From: an uncultured Alistipes sp. | GTDB lineage: Bacteria; Bacteroidota; Bacteroidia; Bacteroidales; Rikenellaceae | Reading direction: 5' to 3' | Assembly (NCBI GenBank): GCA_900769405.1 | Contig: CAAGGL010000024.1 | Location: 31,749 to 95,748, forward strand | DNA: 64,000 bases | Part shown: piece by piece, positions 29,718-38,636 of the stretch | How the letters are laid out: every line of letters begins with the position of its first letter | How positions within the stretch are numbered: position 1 is the first letter of the stretch | The notes under the pieces: generated by a model | Told to the model about the DNA's origin: nothing | Databases searched by the model: none | What the model saw: the letters and a program-made list of their open reading frames with translations, nothing else | Made by a program: the position numbers and the translations under genes

Positions 29718-30127
29718 TCGGCAACCACCTCCTTCTGGTCGATTCTGATGTTGGGAACGATACCGATCGAGATGATACGAATTTCGGGATAGGTCGTCGC
29801 AATGGCATTCATCAGCGACGAGGGCGAAAGTACGATCTCGCAACTATCTGCCGCCAGCGGGGCGTGCAAAATACGCGAGAAACTGAGTTTGGTCTTATCG
29901 ACCATATTGAATCGATGCGCCATCAGTGCCGAGCCTCGACCTTCGGCCGTGCACTCCACTTTGAATCTATATCCGTCGAGGTTTACACGCACGGGGATAT
30001 TTGTGGTATAGTCGTAGTCGAGCTTTGAGATGTACCACAGTGCAAACGATACGAAAAGCATCAGCACGAATATCGGTGATACAGAGTGGCGAAAGAAGTT
30101 ATCGACAGCCTTAAAGAACTTACTCAT
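29714..30127 (-). CDS. membrane-anchored hypothetical protein (possibly YbbR-like)
   Basis: 137 aa; one N-terminal TM helix; translationally coupled to coaE. Confidence 0.5.
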   Translation of the reverse strand: MSKFFKAVDNFFRHSVSPIFVLMLFVSFALWYISKLDYDYTTNIPVRVNLDGYRFKVECTAEGRGSALMAHRFNMVDKTKLSFSRILHAPLAADSCEIVLSPSSLMNAIATTYPEIRIISIGIVPNIRIDQKEVVAE

Positions 30128-30230
30128 AGTTCGTTAACTCAAAAAACATTCAACAATTCAGTTTGCGCGTCCGTCTAATCGATTGACGCCCCACAAATAT
30201 ACAAATTTTAGCGATACTGCACAACGAAAT

Positions 30231-30266
30231 AAAAAAAAGAACTGCACCATTTTTCAGGTGCAGTTC
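30231..30266 (-). terminator. rho-independent terminator of OmpH/Skp gene
   Basis: minus-strand reading GAACTGCACC-tgaaaaat-GGTGCAGTTC followed by T8. Confidence 0.8.
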
Positions 30267-30318
30267 TGTTCGTTACGGTCGTTTGCTACGACAATTGGGT
30301 CGCGGCTACGAATCCTAT

Positions 30319-30903
30319 TTACTCGGTTTTAGCAGCAGCTTTCTCGGCAGCGTACTTCTCGTTCACGATCTTCAACAGATCCTTGGTGATATCGAGAGCG
30401 TTAGCACCATCGAGCAGAGCGGTCGAGTTGATGATCAGCTTGTACTTACCGTCCTTGTTGATCTCAGCGATAGCCTCAGCAACGAGAGCGCTGATACGGT
30501 TGTTCAGCACGAAGTTCTCCTCGTCGAGTACTGCGGCCTCTTTCTGCATCGACTGCTGGTAGTTCTGGATACGCTTGTTGAGGTTCTCCTCGGTCTCGGC
30601 AGCCTTGATGCTGGTGATCAGACCCTTCTGATACTTCTCCTGCAACTGAGCGGCCTCATACTGGAAGCCCTGCTCCTTCTTAGCCCACGACTGCTGAGCA
30701 GTTTCGAGTTTCTTTTGCAGAGCGACGCCCTCGGTCTGGTAGATGTCCGACATAATCAGGAGCGAGTCAGCCTTTACGAAAGCGATATCCGAGCTGGTGA
30801 TAGCGGTCTGCTCGGCAGCACCCTCAGCGGGTTTAGCAGCGTTGTTGGTGCAACCCACAGCGAAGAGAGCTGCTACAACGGCTGCGAAAAGTGTTTTTTT
30901 CAT
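30319..30903 (-). CDS. OmpH/Skp-family periplasmic chaperone
   Basis: 194 aa; signal peptide, long coiled-coil Q/K/E-rich region typical of OmpH. Confidence 0.8.
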   Translation of the reverse strand: MKKTLFAAVVAALFAVGCTNNAAKPAEGAAEQTAITSSDIAFVKADSLLIMSDIYQTEGVALQKKLETAQQSWAKKEQGFQYEAAQLQEKYQKGLITSIKAAETEENLNKRIQNYQQSMQKEAAVLDEENFVLNNRISALVAEAIAEINKDGKYKLIINSTALLDGANALDITKDLLKIVNEKYAAEKAAAKTE

Positions 30904-31003
30904 ACGAATTTTGTTATTTTTAGTTGTTAATTTTCGTTAATGAACTACAAAGATACAAAAAAAATGTAAATTTGTATTCTCTAACGGAAAATTTGTAAAT
31001 ATT

Positions 31004-31597
31004 ATGTACGAATATATTAAGGGTGAGATTGCTGAGCTGTCGCCTGCGCGCGTTGTGATTGAGGCTGCGGGCGTTGGCTACGACATCAACATCTCGCTCC
31101 AAACCTACTCCGAGATCGAAAAGCTGACCGAGGCGAAGATCTACGTCCATTATATCGTTCGCGAGGACGCTCAACTGCTCTATGGTTTTGCGTCGAAGTT
31201 CGAGCGCGAACTATTTCGTCATCTGTTGAGTGTTTCGGGCGTGGGTGGCAATACGGCACGAATGATTCTCTCGACCTACTCGCCCGACGAGTTGCGCAAT
31301 ATCATCGCAACGGGCAACGCCACACTGCTCAAAAACGTGAAGGGTCTGGGTCTGAAAACGGCGCAGAAAATCATCGTCGAGTTGAGTGGCAAGGTGATCT
31401 CCGTGACTCCCTACGAAGAGCGACAGCTGCTCGACAAGGTGCAGGGTGGCAACGAGATCTACGACGAGGCTCTGGCAGCATTGACGATGCTCGGCTTCAC
31501 TCGCACGGCGTCGGACAAAGCGCTCAAAGCGGTGCTCAAACAGAACCCCTCGTGCTCGGTCGAGGACGCTGTCCGTCTGTCGCTTAAACAGTTGTGA
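31004..31597 (+). CDS. ruvA: Holliday junction branch migration protein RuvA
   Basis: 197 aa; MYEYIKG N-terminus, OB domain, two HhH motifs (GIGGNTARMIL... GLGLKTAQKII). Confidence 0.92.
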   Translation: MYEYIKGEIAELSPARVVIEAAGVGYDINISLQTYSEIEKLTEAKIYVHYIVREDAQLLYGFASKFERELFRHLLSVSGVGGNTARMILSTYSPDELRNIIATGNATLLKNVKGLGLKTAQKIIVELSGKVISVTPYEERQLLDKVQGGNEIYDEALAALTMLGFTRTASDKALKAVLKQNPSCSVEDAVRLSLKQL

Positions 31598-31633
31598 TTC
31601 AATTCACAATTCATAATTCACGATTCACAATTT
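31598..31633. repeat. degenerate heptanucleotide tandem repeat (CACAATT-like)x5 immediately after ruvA stop
   Basis: ttcaatt cacaatt cataatt cacgatt cacaatt; reverse complement of repeat at 27616-27646. Confidence 0.9.
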
Positions 31634-31666
31634 AGGCCGCCCCGAGGGACGGCCTTTGTTATTTTT
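31634..31666 (+). terminator. rho-independent terminator of ruvA
   Basis: AGGCCGcccc-gaggga-CGGCCT followed by TTGTTATTTTT. Confidence 0.65.
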
Positions 31667-32771
31667 AGTGTTTCTTGAATTTCTTGGCATAAGGACTAAA
31701 TGTGTCCATTAGTCTTTGCGCGGAATCTATAAAGAATTCAAAGATCTTATCTCTATCGTTAGGATTTAGATAAGATAAGTTTTCGCGATCATCGCGTATT
31801 CGACAAGAGTCTTTATCTGGTAATAATTGCCATTCTAATTGATCGGCATACTTGGAGTGAATCTCATCTTGATGATCTTGCAAATAATTAAAGATAGCTT
31901 TATTTGTGTCTTTATTCCCTGTTGAGATATACACCTCTGTACGAATACTTGCTTGGCAGATAACCATATTTATGCTAACGCCTCCAAATCCTTTAATTGT
32001 TTTGCTGAGCCAATTATCTCCATTTGGAGTTGAGTTACAATATAAGCCATTACAATTTTTATTGTACTCGATAAATTGCGTCCAAAAACTCATTCTATTG
32101 TTACGGCGTATACGCTTTGCGTCTGAACTCTGTGCTTCCGATTGGTTCTTAGCAGCAACCTTGATAGTGTACTCGTCAGCCTCTTTAATTGGGATAATTT
32201 GGTCAAATTCCAATAGTACTTGATCATTATATTTGAAGGGTGTAACCTTAAAACATTTGATCCGCATATTGAAATTGAGCAACCACATTACTGACGATGT
32301 TACCTCTTTGCGGAAATTGGCTGCAACAAGAAATATTCGCTGACTATTGCCGACGTTAATTTCGATATCGGAAATGTCTTGCCCACCAAAAAATTCCGAA
32401 AGCGATTCTTCGGCTGATTCAGCCGTGCCGAGATATTTTTGATAAATCTCAATAATATCCTGCTTAGTCAAACTCGAACAATAAGAGGCATATTTAATCG
32501 CCTGCCAAGTTACATCGCGTCCCGAATCATCGAGTTTATTCTCGATGATTACCAAATTGCCAAACTTGTCCAACGCAAGAAGATCAAGACGCTCGCGCGT
32601 ATCGGAAAAACCATCGAACTCTTTTTGAATTATCAATAACTCCTCACCAAGCGAAGATGGCTCTTTCGCAATCCACTCTTGCAGATTATTGCGCTCGTCA
32701 AAACCGAGAGACCTGAAATCACACTTCTCGATTTTGGTTAGGCTGTTATCTTGGCTGTTTATGATATACAT
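31665..32771 (-). CDS. PD-(D/E)xK (NucS/Mrr-like) nuclease-fold protein with DUF4268-like C-terminal region; AT-rich orphan gene
   Basis: 368 aa; motif RLDLLALDKFGNLVIIENK = D...E-x-K nuclease core; gene ~36% GC. Confidence 0.55.
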   Translation of the reverse strand: MYIINSQDNSLTKIEKCDFRSLGFDERNNLQEWIAKEPSSLGEELLIIQKEFDGFSDTRERLDLLALDKFGNLVIIENKLDDSGRDVTWQAIKYASYCSSLTKQDIIEIYQKYLGTAESAEESLSEFFGGQDISDIEINVGNSQRIFLVAANFRKEVTSSVMWLLNFNMRIKCFKVTPFKYNDQVLLEFDQIIPIKEADEYTIKVAAKNQSEAQSSDAKRIRRNNRMSFWTQFIEYNKNCNGLYCNSTPNGDNWLSKTIKGFGGVSINMVICQASIRTEVYISTGNKDTNKAIFNYLQDHQDEIHSKYADQLEWQLLPDKDSCRIRDDRENLSYLNPNDRDKIFEFFIDSAQRLMDTFSPYAKKFKKH

Positions 32772-32785
32772 CGTTTATGTATTTT

Positions 32786-33160
32786 TTACTTCTTCAACTT
32801 TGCGAGGAATTTCTCGCGGCCGACGATGTAGCGCACGTGGTCGCCCTCGCCGATCAGGCCTTCGCTATCGTGAGCTTCGACGCGGTAGGTCAGTTTGCGA
32901 CCCTCGACCGCAACGAGTGTAGCGGTTGCGACGACCGTATCGCCCACAGCGGTCGGTTTGAGGTGCGATGCATTCATCAGCGAGCCGACGGTGGTCTGAT
33001 CCTCGGGCAGTGCGGGAGCCACGGCGAGCATTGCGGCGTTCTCCATCAGTGCGATCATTGCGGGTGTAGCCAGCACGGGCAGGTCGCCCGAGCCCATAAC
33101 GGCAGCAGTCAGTTGTTCGGTTACGACGATTGTCGAGGTCGATTTAGCTCCGATTTCCAT
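32786..33160 (-). CDS. hotdog-fold thioesterase family protein
   Basis: 124 aa; single hotdog domain pattern. Confidence 0.6.
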   Translation of the reverse strand: MEIGAKSTSTIVVTEQLTAAVMGSGDLPVLATPAMIALMENAAMLAVAPALPEDQTTVGSLMNASHLKPTAVGDTVVATATLVAVEGRKLTYRVEAHDSEGLIGEGDHVRYIVGREKFLAKLKK

Positions 33161-33225
33161 AAATATTGGTACGTTTAATTATGTTGTCAAAATTATGTTT
33201 ATCTTTGCAAAGGTAACACATAATT

Positions 33226-33810
33226 ATGAAAAAGTCAATCGCCATATTCATTTTGCTGCTGACGCTTTCGCTGCCGACGCTGGCGCAGCCGCAGCAACCT
33301 CGTGCTCGCGGTTATACCCGCGCGTGGGTCGAGGTCGAGCAGGGCGATTCGGTGCAGAATATCGCGGTGTTGCCGATCTACGTTTTCCGTCGCCCGGCCG
33401 ATTTGCGCAAGTATCAGCGTATGGTGATCGCGGTGAAGAAGACCTATCCGATTGCAAAATATGCTCGCCAGCGTATGGCCGAGATGGAGGAGAAACTGCT
33501 GACGCTGCCCACGCGCAAGGCGCAGAAGGCCTACACGAAGCAGATCGAGCAGGAGATCAAGGAGGAGTACACGCCCGTATTGAAGAAGATGACGCGCTCG
33601 CAGGGTGCGGTGCTTTTGAAGTTGATTGCCCGCGAAACGGAGTACTCGTCGTATGAGATTGTGCGCGAGTTTCGCGGCAGTTTTACGGCGGGTTTTTGGC
33701 AGGGTGTAGCTAAGATTTTCGGTGCGAACCTCAAAACGGAGTACGACCGCGAGGACGAGGATCGAATGTTGGAGCAGATCGTAACTCTCTACGAGGCAGG
33801 CTTGCTGTAA
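33226..33810 (+). CDS. secreted hypothetical protein (DUF4294-like)
   Basis: 194 aa with signal peptide; family recalled, unverified. Confidence 0.45.
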   Translation: MKKSIAIFILLLTLSLPTLAQPQQPRARGYTRAWVEVEQGDSVQNIAVLPIYVFRRPADLRKYQRMVIAVKKTYPIAKYARQRMAEMEEKLLTLPTRKAQKAYTKQIEQEIKEEYTPVLKKMTRSQGAVLLKLIARETEYSSYEIVREFRGSFTAGFWQGVAKIFGANLKTEYDREDEDRMLEQIVTLYEAGLL

Positions 33811-33905
33811 TTATTTTCATTGTCAATCATTTTTTGTCAATTTCTTTTGGATTTTGATTTTTTTTTGTAATTTTGAGGTGAATAATCTTTTTAATATCTC
33901 AAATT

Positions 33906-35597
33906 ATGAAAAAGCTATTAGCAGTTCTGGCAATCAGCATTTTCATTTGCGGTTGTCAAAAGGATCTCACTGAATGCGTAGACCCTCAAATCTCACGTGA
34001 AACTCCTGTAAATCTTACAAAGGAGGGAATTCTAAAATTTGAATCTCAATCTGCATTTGACCAATGTATGAACGAGATTATTCAAAATCCTACTAACGGA
34101 ATCGCGATTGTCGATAGATATGTTGGCAAGAGCGATGGTACGCGCTCAAATCCTAACAGAATCTTCAATTCAATTGCTCGCATTCGTGCTGATCGAGAAA
34201 CACGAGTGTTGCCAGCAGTTGGTAATCCTATCGAGTTATACGATGACAATATTGTCCCTGAAATGACAGAGGAGGAGTTTAGGGACTATATCATTGACGA
34301 ACTTCTTGTAGATGAACAATTATCGTATGTCCTTGATAGCGATTTGCGAATTGTTGTAGCTGATACCGTTTATCAGATCACAACCGATGGCGTCTTTATT
34401 ATGTCGTATGATAATATCGAGTTGATGGAGGAAGTCATCGAAACCTATCATACTGATGTGGTTTCGAATAGTAATTTCGATTTTTTAACCTATGTTGGCG
34501 AAGGCCGTTATCAGTATCGCGATGTTCAAATAATTCCTAATCCTGATAATGAGTTTGAAGTAGTTGAGCCTACTGATCCATTCAATCCGATTTTGCCATT
34601 AGATCCCACAGATCCCGAAGATCCGACCGATCCAGAAGAGCCTATTGGTGATGGAGAAGAAGAGGAGGGTGATTCCGATGAATACCAAGATCAATTCGGA
34701 GCATATTATGCCGAATGTGAAAATATCAAAGAGTATGTTATGCGTGCACCAACGATCAATGCAGAAGAAGACCAATATCCTTATCCATATCCGCTTGATG
34801 ATATTCCGACAGAGACAGAAAAAGATACAGGTGCGGGTCTCCACTATTTTAACGATAACGTTCGTATTAAAGCAAGGTTCTATACTTTCAATGTGGGATT
34901 TTACTCAACGCTTGGCTTTGATGTAAAATTGCAAAGACGAAAAAGTTTCTTAGGTATGGATTTTTGGGTACGCACACAATCACAAGGTATTGATATTATC
35001 ATCGAAAGATTGGATATTGACTTAAAATGCGTGACAGTAGGATCAGTAACTCCATATGGCGCTATGAATTATAAAGAAATCTCAGGCTCGTTGAATGGTG
35101 TTACTGGTAAATATATAGTAAGGCATCTAAGAAATAAGATAATTTCGATCAGCCCGACGAAAGAAAATCGTGATATGATTGCAGGAACTATTGGTTCTTT
35201 TGATGAAATGCCAATAAATCAAATTCTGTATAATGCACCTGCTACTGATGTATATAATTTGATGCACGATTTGACAGGTTATACGATTGGTGCTCCATAT
35301 AATACGTTGGTAAAAGACTATGATGTTCGAACTGCAATGGTTTGTTGGAGTGGTAGCAATGTCGTACATAATTATACGACTGGCGTTCTATTTTATCCTA
35401 ATACCGAGAGCAATAAAATCCCCAAAAAGGTTGGTGTCAAATTGTTTGATGATTTAGCAGAGCACGCTGCGCAAGGATGGACTATGGATATAAATAGAAC
35501 GTTGGATGAAACAATTCGATATGCCGATATAACAGGCGTAGTAGAGTATGGTGGAGAAAAAAGAGCGTGTCGTTTCGAAATTAAGGAGATTAATTAA
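33906..35597 (+). CDS. surface lipoprotein of unknown family (module A; paralog of 44075-45667)
   Basis: 563 aa; lipobox FICGC followed by QKDLTE; acidic Pro-rich linker PTDPEDPTDPEEPIGDGEEEEGD; ~36% GC; ~25-30% identity blocks shared with 44075-45667. Confidence 0.65.
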   Translation: MKKLLAVLAISIFICGCQKDLTECVDPQISRETPVNLTKEGILKFESQSAFDQCMNEIIQNPTNGIAIVDRYVGKSDGTRSNPNRIFNSIARIRADRETRVLPAVGNPIELYDDNIVPEMTEEEFRDYIIDELLVDEQLSYVLDSDLRIVVADTVYQITTDGVFIMSYDNIELMEEVIETYHTDVVSNSNFDFLTYVGEGRYQYRDVQIIPNPDNEFEVVEPTDPFNPILPLDPTDPEDPTDPEEPIGDGEEEEGDSDEYQDQFGAYYAECENIKEYVMRAPTINAEEDQYPYPYPLDDIPTETEKDTGAGLHYFNDNVRIKARFYTFNVGFYSTLGFDVKLQRRKSFLGMDFWVRTQSQGIDIIIERLDIDLKCVTVGSVTPYGAMNYKEISGSLNGVTGKYIVRHLRNKIISISPTKENRDMIAGTIGSFDEMPINQILYNAPATDVYNLMHDLTGYTIGAPYNTLVKDYDVRTAMVCWSGSNVVHNYTTGVLFYPNTESNKIPKKVGVKLFDDLAEHAAQGWTMDINRTLDETIRYADITGVVEYGGEKRACRFEIKEIN

Positions 35598-35609
35598 AAT
35601 AGAAATATT

Positions 35610-36146
35610 ATGAAAAAAATAGTTTGTTTATTAGTCGCGATTGTTATTTGCAGTTCTGCTTTGGCACAAGATAATAATATTCAAGACCGTAAATTCTCGT
35701 TTTCAATCGGTTATCGTGCGGGATTTGCAACTGCACCATCAATTTCAAGTTATTGGGAGGACAAAAAGATAATGTTTGTCGAATCATTCCATCATTTTGT
35801 TTCTCTTGATTTCAACTATGCAATTTCGCCCAAATGGGAGATAGGTTTGGCTACGGGTATGAATAATACAAGATTGCCAGCGTGGAGTATTCCTCTCTAT
35901 GCCAATGCGCAATTTTTCTTCAATGATCGTACGCGCGGTTGGTTTAATTATGCCGACGTTGGTACAAATATGAATCTTCATGGCGGATTCAATGTGGGTG
36001 CGCTTGCGGGTTTTGGTGGTGGCTATCGTTTGTATATCGCCGATAAATTCAAAATGGATTTCTCGCTTGGATATGTGTATAATTATACCACGAATAATAG
36101 CGCGAGTCAAAACGCCATTCAGTTGGGTGTAGCGTTGGTGTTCTAA
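35610..36146 (+). CDS. small outer-membrane beta-barrel protein (OMP_b-brl / porin family; paralog of 42863-43447)
   Basis: 178 aa; signal peptide, alternating hydrophobic beta-strand pattern, Gly/aromatic girdle, C-terminal LGVALVF ending in Phe; 12 nt after lipoprotein gene. Confidence 0.65.
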   Translation: MKKIVCLLVAIVICSSALAQDNNIQDRKFSFSIGYRAGFATAPSISSYWEDKKIMFVESFHHFVSLDFNYAISPKWEIGLATGMNNTRLPAWSIPLYANAQFFFNDRTRGWFNYADVGTNMNLHGGFNVGALAGFGGGYRLYIADKFKMDFSLGYVYNYTTNNSASQNAIQLGVALVF

Positions 36147-36162
36147 CCTCCATATAACAAAA

Positions 36163-36200
36163 ACAGCGAAGGGCTGACCCGCGTGGGTTAGCCCTTCTTC
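36163..36200. terminator. bidirectional rho-independent terminator
   Basis: GAAGGGCT-gacccgcgtgggtt-AGCCCTTC between convergent genes. Confidence 0.65.
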
Positions 36201-36454
36201 ATACGTGCATATATCGAATGTGCTATTGAGTAGATCTGGCGAACAACGGCATATAAGCCCAATACCGACTCGGTGCGCGAGGCCACATACCCAAGAATAT
36301 GGGTCGGCGAGAAACGTGCGACCAGCTGTTGTCGGCGGCGATCGAGTTGAGTGCGACATTCTGCGGCACTCTGTTCGATTTCGCGGCGGCGACGACGCAG
36401 TTCAGTCATCGAACTGATCTGCGCAAGCTCCTGCTCATCAATCATTTTGCGCAT
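36188..36454 (-). CDS. small hypothetical protein, third member of YtxH/holin-like cluster
   Basis: 88 aa from MRKMIDEQ; Arg-rich coiled-coil-like; low confidence on start. Confidence 0.4.
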   Translation of the reverse strand: MRKMIDEQELAQISSMTELRRRRREIEQSAAECRTQLDRRRQQLVARFSPTHILGYVASRTESVLGLYAVVRQIYSIAHSIYARMKKG

Positions 36455-36824
36455 CGTTGTTTTGTTCGTTGTCGGTCGCAAAGAACATCTGTGCAAACCG
36501 ACGTACCAACGTGTCGGTGATCATCTGTTCGCGTAAACGGTAGGCCACAATGCCAACGATGGCGAACACAATGGCGGCGATTATCATTGCCCATTCGAGA
36601 GATCCGATCGCCTGAGCGATCAATAGCGTTATGGCGCCCAAAAAGAACATCAAAGCCAACATCGCTGCACCTATGGCGAGCAATACGCCGAAACCATAAC
36701 TGAGCGTCAACGAGAGTAGCTCGATAGCCGTGAGTTTGGTGGCGGCAAGTTGCAGTTGGAGGAACTCCGTTACCTGCTCGACCAGAGGCTGGTCGTTCGC
36801 TTTTTCGTGCTTTTCGGCAGCCAT
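36438..36824 (-). CDS. phage-holin-family (holin-X / superfamily III-like) small membrane protein
   Basis: ~128 aa from MAAEKHEK; two predicted TM helices (LSLTLSYGFGVLLAIGAAMLALMFFLGAITLL / WAMIIAAIVFAIVGIVAY). Confidence 0.55.
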   Translation of the reverse strand: MAAEKHEKANDQPLVEQVTEFLQLQLAATKLTAIELLSLTLSYGFGVLLAIGAAMLALMFFLGAITLLIAQAIGSLEWAMIIAAIVFAIVGIVAYRLREQMITDTLVRRFAQMFFATDNEQNNDAQND

Positions 36825-36834
36825 CTCCGATCGA

Positions 36835-37017
36835 CTATTGCACGTTGTTTTTGTGTTCGTGGCAGTGCGAACGGAGAACATCCATCTCCTTGTCGATCAT
36901 ATCCTTAATCGACTCGCGCAGATCTGCACCGCACTTGGGCGAAACCATCAAAGCCGTCGCTGCACCGGCCAGCGCGCCGCCCAGAAAAACTAACATACAA
37001 GTACCTACATTTTTCAT
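36835..37017 (-). CDS. YtxH-domain protein
   Basis: 60 aa from MKNVGTCMLVFLGGALAGAATALMVSPKCG, canonical YtxH (DUF948) N-terminus. Confidence 0.65.
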   Translation of the reverse strand: MKNVGTCMLVFLGGALAGAATALMVSPKCGADLRESIKDMIDKEMDVLRSHCHEHKNNVQ

Positions 37018-37117
37018 AATTGTAAACTGTTTTTTGTTTTGAGATTCGTTGGTCATAGCTTGCAAATTTGACGCCACGATTGCCCTCGCGCCACGAAATT
37101 TTTGCTACATTTGCGAT

Positions 37118-37627
37118 ATGAAACAGACTCGGGATAATAGTGTGGCATTTACGGGACACCGCGCGATGAAATTCGCGGCGGGCGACTCGGCGGAGGCTCT
37201 GCGCGAGCGACTCGATTCGACGCTGCGCGAGCTGTATGCTCGTGGTGCGCGCACGTTTTATAGCGGTATGGCCGAGGGTTTCGATCTGCTGGCGGCGCGC
37301 GCGGTGCTCGATCTTCGACGCGAATATTCAGATATTCAACTTATTGCGGCGGTGCCGTTTCGTGCTCAGGCGGCGGGATTTTCGGCTGTTGTGCGCCGCG
37401 ACTACGAGCAGATTTTAGCGGCGGCAAATAGGGTAGATGTGTTGCAGGAGGAGTATTCGCGCGACTGCTTTTTGCGCCGTGACGACTATATGGTCGAGCG
37501 CGCGGCGATGGTCGTGGCGTGGTTTGATGGGCGCGCGGGCGGCACAGCTTATACGGTCGGCCGTGCGCGGTCGCTCGGCTGCGAGGTGATCAACCTCTAC
37601 CGCGACGGTCAGATGGAGCTATTCTAA
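37118..37627 (+). CDS. SLOG-family protein (DUF1273 / YpsA-like)
   Basis: 169 aa from MKQTRD; AFTGHR motif near N-terminus and Rossmann-like SLOG pattern. Confidence 0.6.
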   Translation: MKQTRDNSVAFTGHRAMKFAAGDSAEALRERLDSTLRELYARGARTFYSGMAEGFDLLAARAVLDLRREYSDIQLIAAVPFRAQAAGFSAVVRRDYEQILAAANRVDVLQEEYSRDCFLRRDDYMVERAAMVVAWFDGRAGGTAYTVGRARSLGCEVINLYRDGQMELF

Positions 37628-37632
37628 CACAA

Positions 37633-37662
37633 CAAACCCCACCTCGAAAGGCGGGGTTTGCT
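37633..37662. terminator. bidirectional rho-independent terminator
   Basis: AAACCCCACC-tcgaaagg-CGGGGTTTG between SLOG gene and era. Confidence 0.7.
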
Positions 37663-37680
37663 ATTGTTATATCGCTCGCG

Positions 37681-38562
37681 TTACTCTTGCTCGTAGCCGA
37701 AACGACGCAACTGGCGGTCGTTGTTGCGCCAATCGTCGTTGACCTTAACGAAGAGTTGCAGGAAGACCTTCTTGTCGAGGAAACGCTCCAAATCCTCGCG
37801 TGCCTGCATACCTACGCGCTTCAACTTCTCGCCCTTGTGACCGATGATGATGCCCTTCTGGCTGTCGCGCGTAACGTAGATCGTCGCTGCGATGCGATCG
37901 ATCTTCGGCTCCTCGCGGTACTCCTCGATAGCGATCTCGACACTGTAAGGTACCTCCTTGTCGTAGTTGAGGAAGATCTTCTCGCGGATAATCTCCGACG
38001 CAAAGAAACGCAACGTCTTGTCGGTCAGTGTATCTTTCGGATAGTAGGGCTCGCCCTCGGGCAACATCGAGAGGATCAGGTCGAACAGCCCGCCCACGTT
38101 GAAATTCTCCTTTGCCGATACGGGAACGATGCGTGCCGAAGGCATACGCTCGTGCCACTGCTCAACCAGCGCTTCGAGAGCCTCAGGCGTTGTGAGGTCG
38201 ATTTTGTTGATCACGACGATTGTCGGAATGTCGCTCTGCGCCACCTTGTCGAGGATATCGGCCGAGCGATCGGTATGCTCGACGGTGTCGGTCACGTAGA
38301 GCAGCACATCGGCGTCCTTCAACGCACCGCGCACGAAACGCATCATCGACTCTTGGAGTTTGTAGTTGGGTTTGAGAATACCCGGCGTATCCGAGTAAAC
38401 GATCTGAAAATCATCGCCATTGACAATACCCATAATACGGTGGCGCGTGGTCTGCGCTTTCGATGTGATGATCGACAGACGCTCACCCACGAGGGCGTTC
38501 ATCAGCGTCGATTTACCCACGTTCGGGTTGCCAATAATATTTACAAAACCTGATTTGTGCAT
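37681..38562 (-). CDS. era: GTPase Era
   Basis: 293 aa; G1 GNPNVGKST, G3 DTPG, G4 NKID, C-terminal KH domain. Confidence 0.92.
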   Translation of the reverse strand: MHKSGFVNIIGNPNVGKSTLMNALVGERLSIITSKAQTTRHRIMGIVNGDDFQIVYSDTPGILKPNYKLQESMMRFVRGALKDADVLLYVTDTVEHTDRSADILDKVAQSDIPTIVVINKIDLTTPEALEALVEQWHERMPSARIVPVSAKENFNVGGLFDLILSMLPEGEPYYPKDTLTDKTLRFFASEIIREKIFLNYDKEVPYSVEIAIEEYREEPKIDRIAATIYVTRDSQKGIIIGHKGEKLKRVGMQAREDLERFLDKKVFLQLFVKVNDDWRNNDRQLRRFGYEQE

Positions 38563-38636
38563 AGTTTATCGTGTTAAATAAAAGGGGCTTCCGCGCACTT
38601 GTCGGACAACCCCCTTCTATCGTTTTTGTTCAAAGT

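Noticed and set aside
33811-35597. Lipoprotein modules as a polysaccharide utilisation locus (SusC/SusD-like) or fimbrial operon
   Set aside because: No TonB-dependent receptor (barrels are only ~180-195 aa), no SusD TPR-like features, and no fimbrillin-type signal/propeptide pattern recognised; left as an unknown family.
36438-36824. Holin-like gene as evidence of a prophage
   Set aside because: No capsid, terminase, tail or integrase genes nearby; small holin-family proteins with YtxH partners are common chromosomal stress-cluster genes in Bacteroidales.
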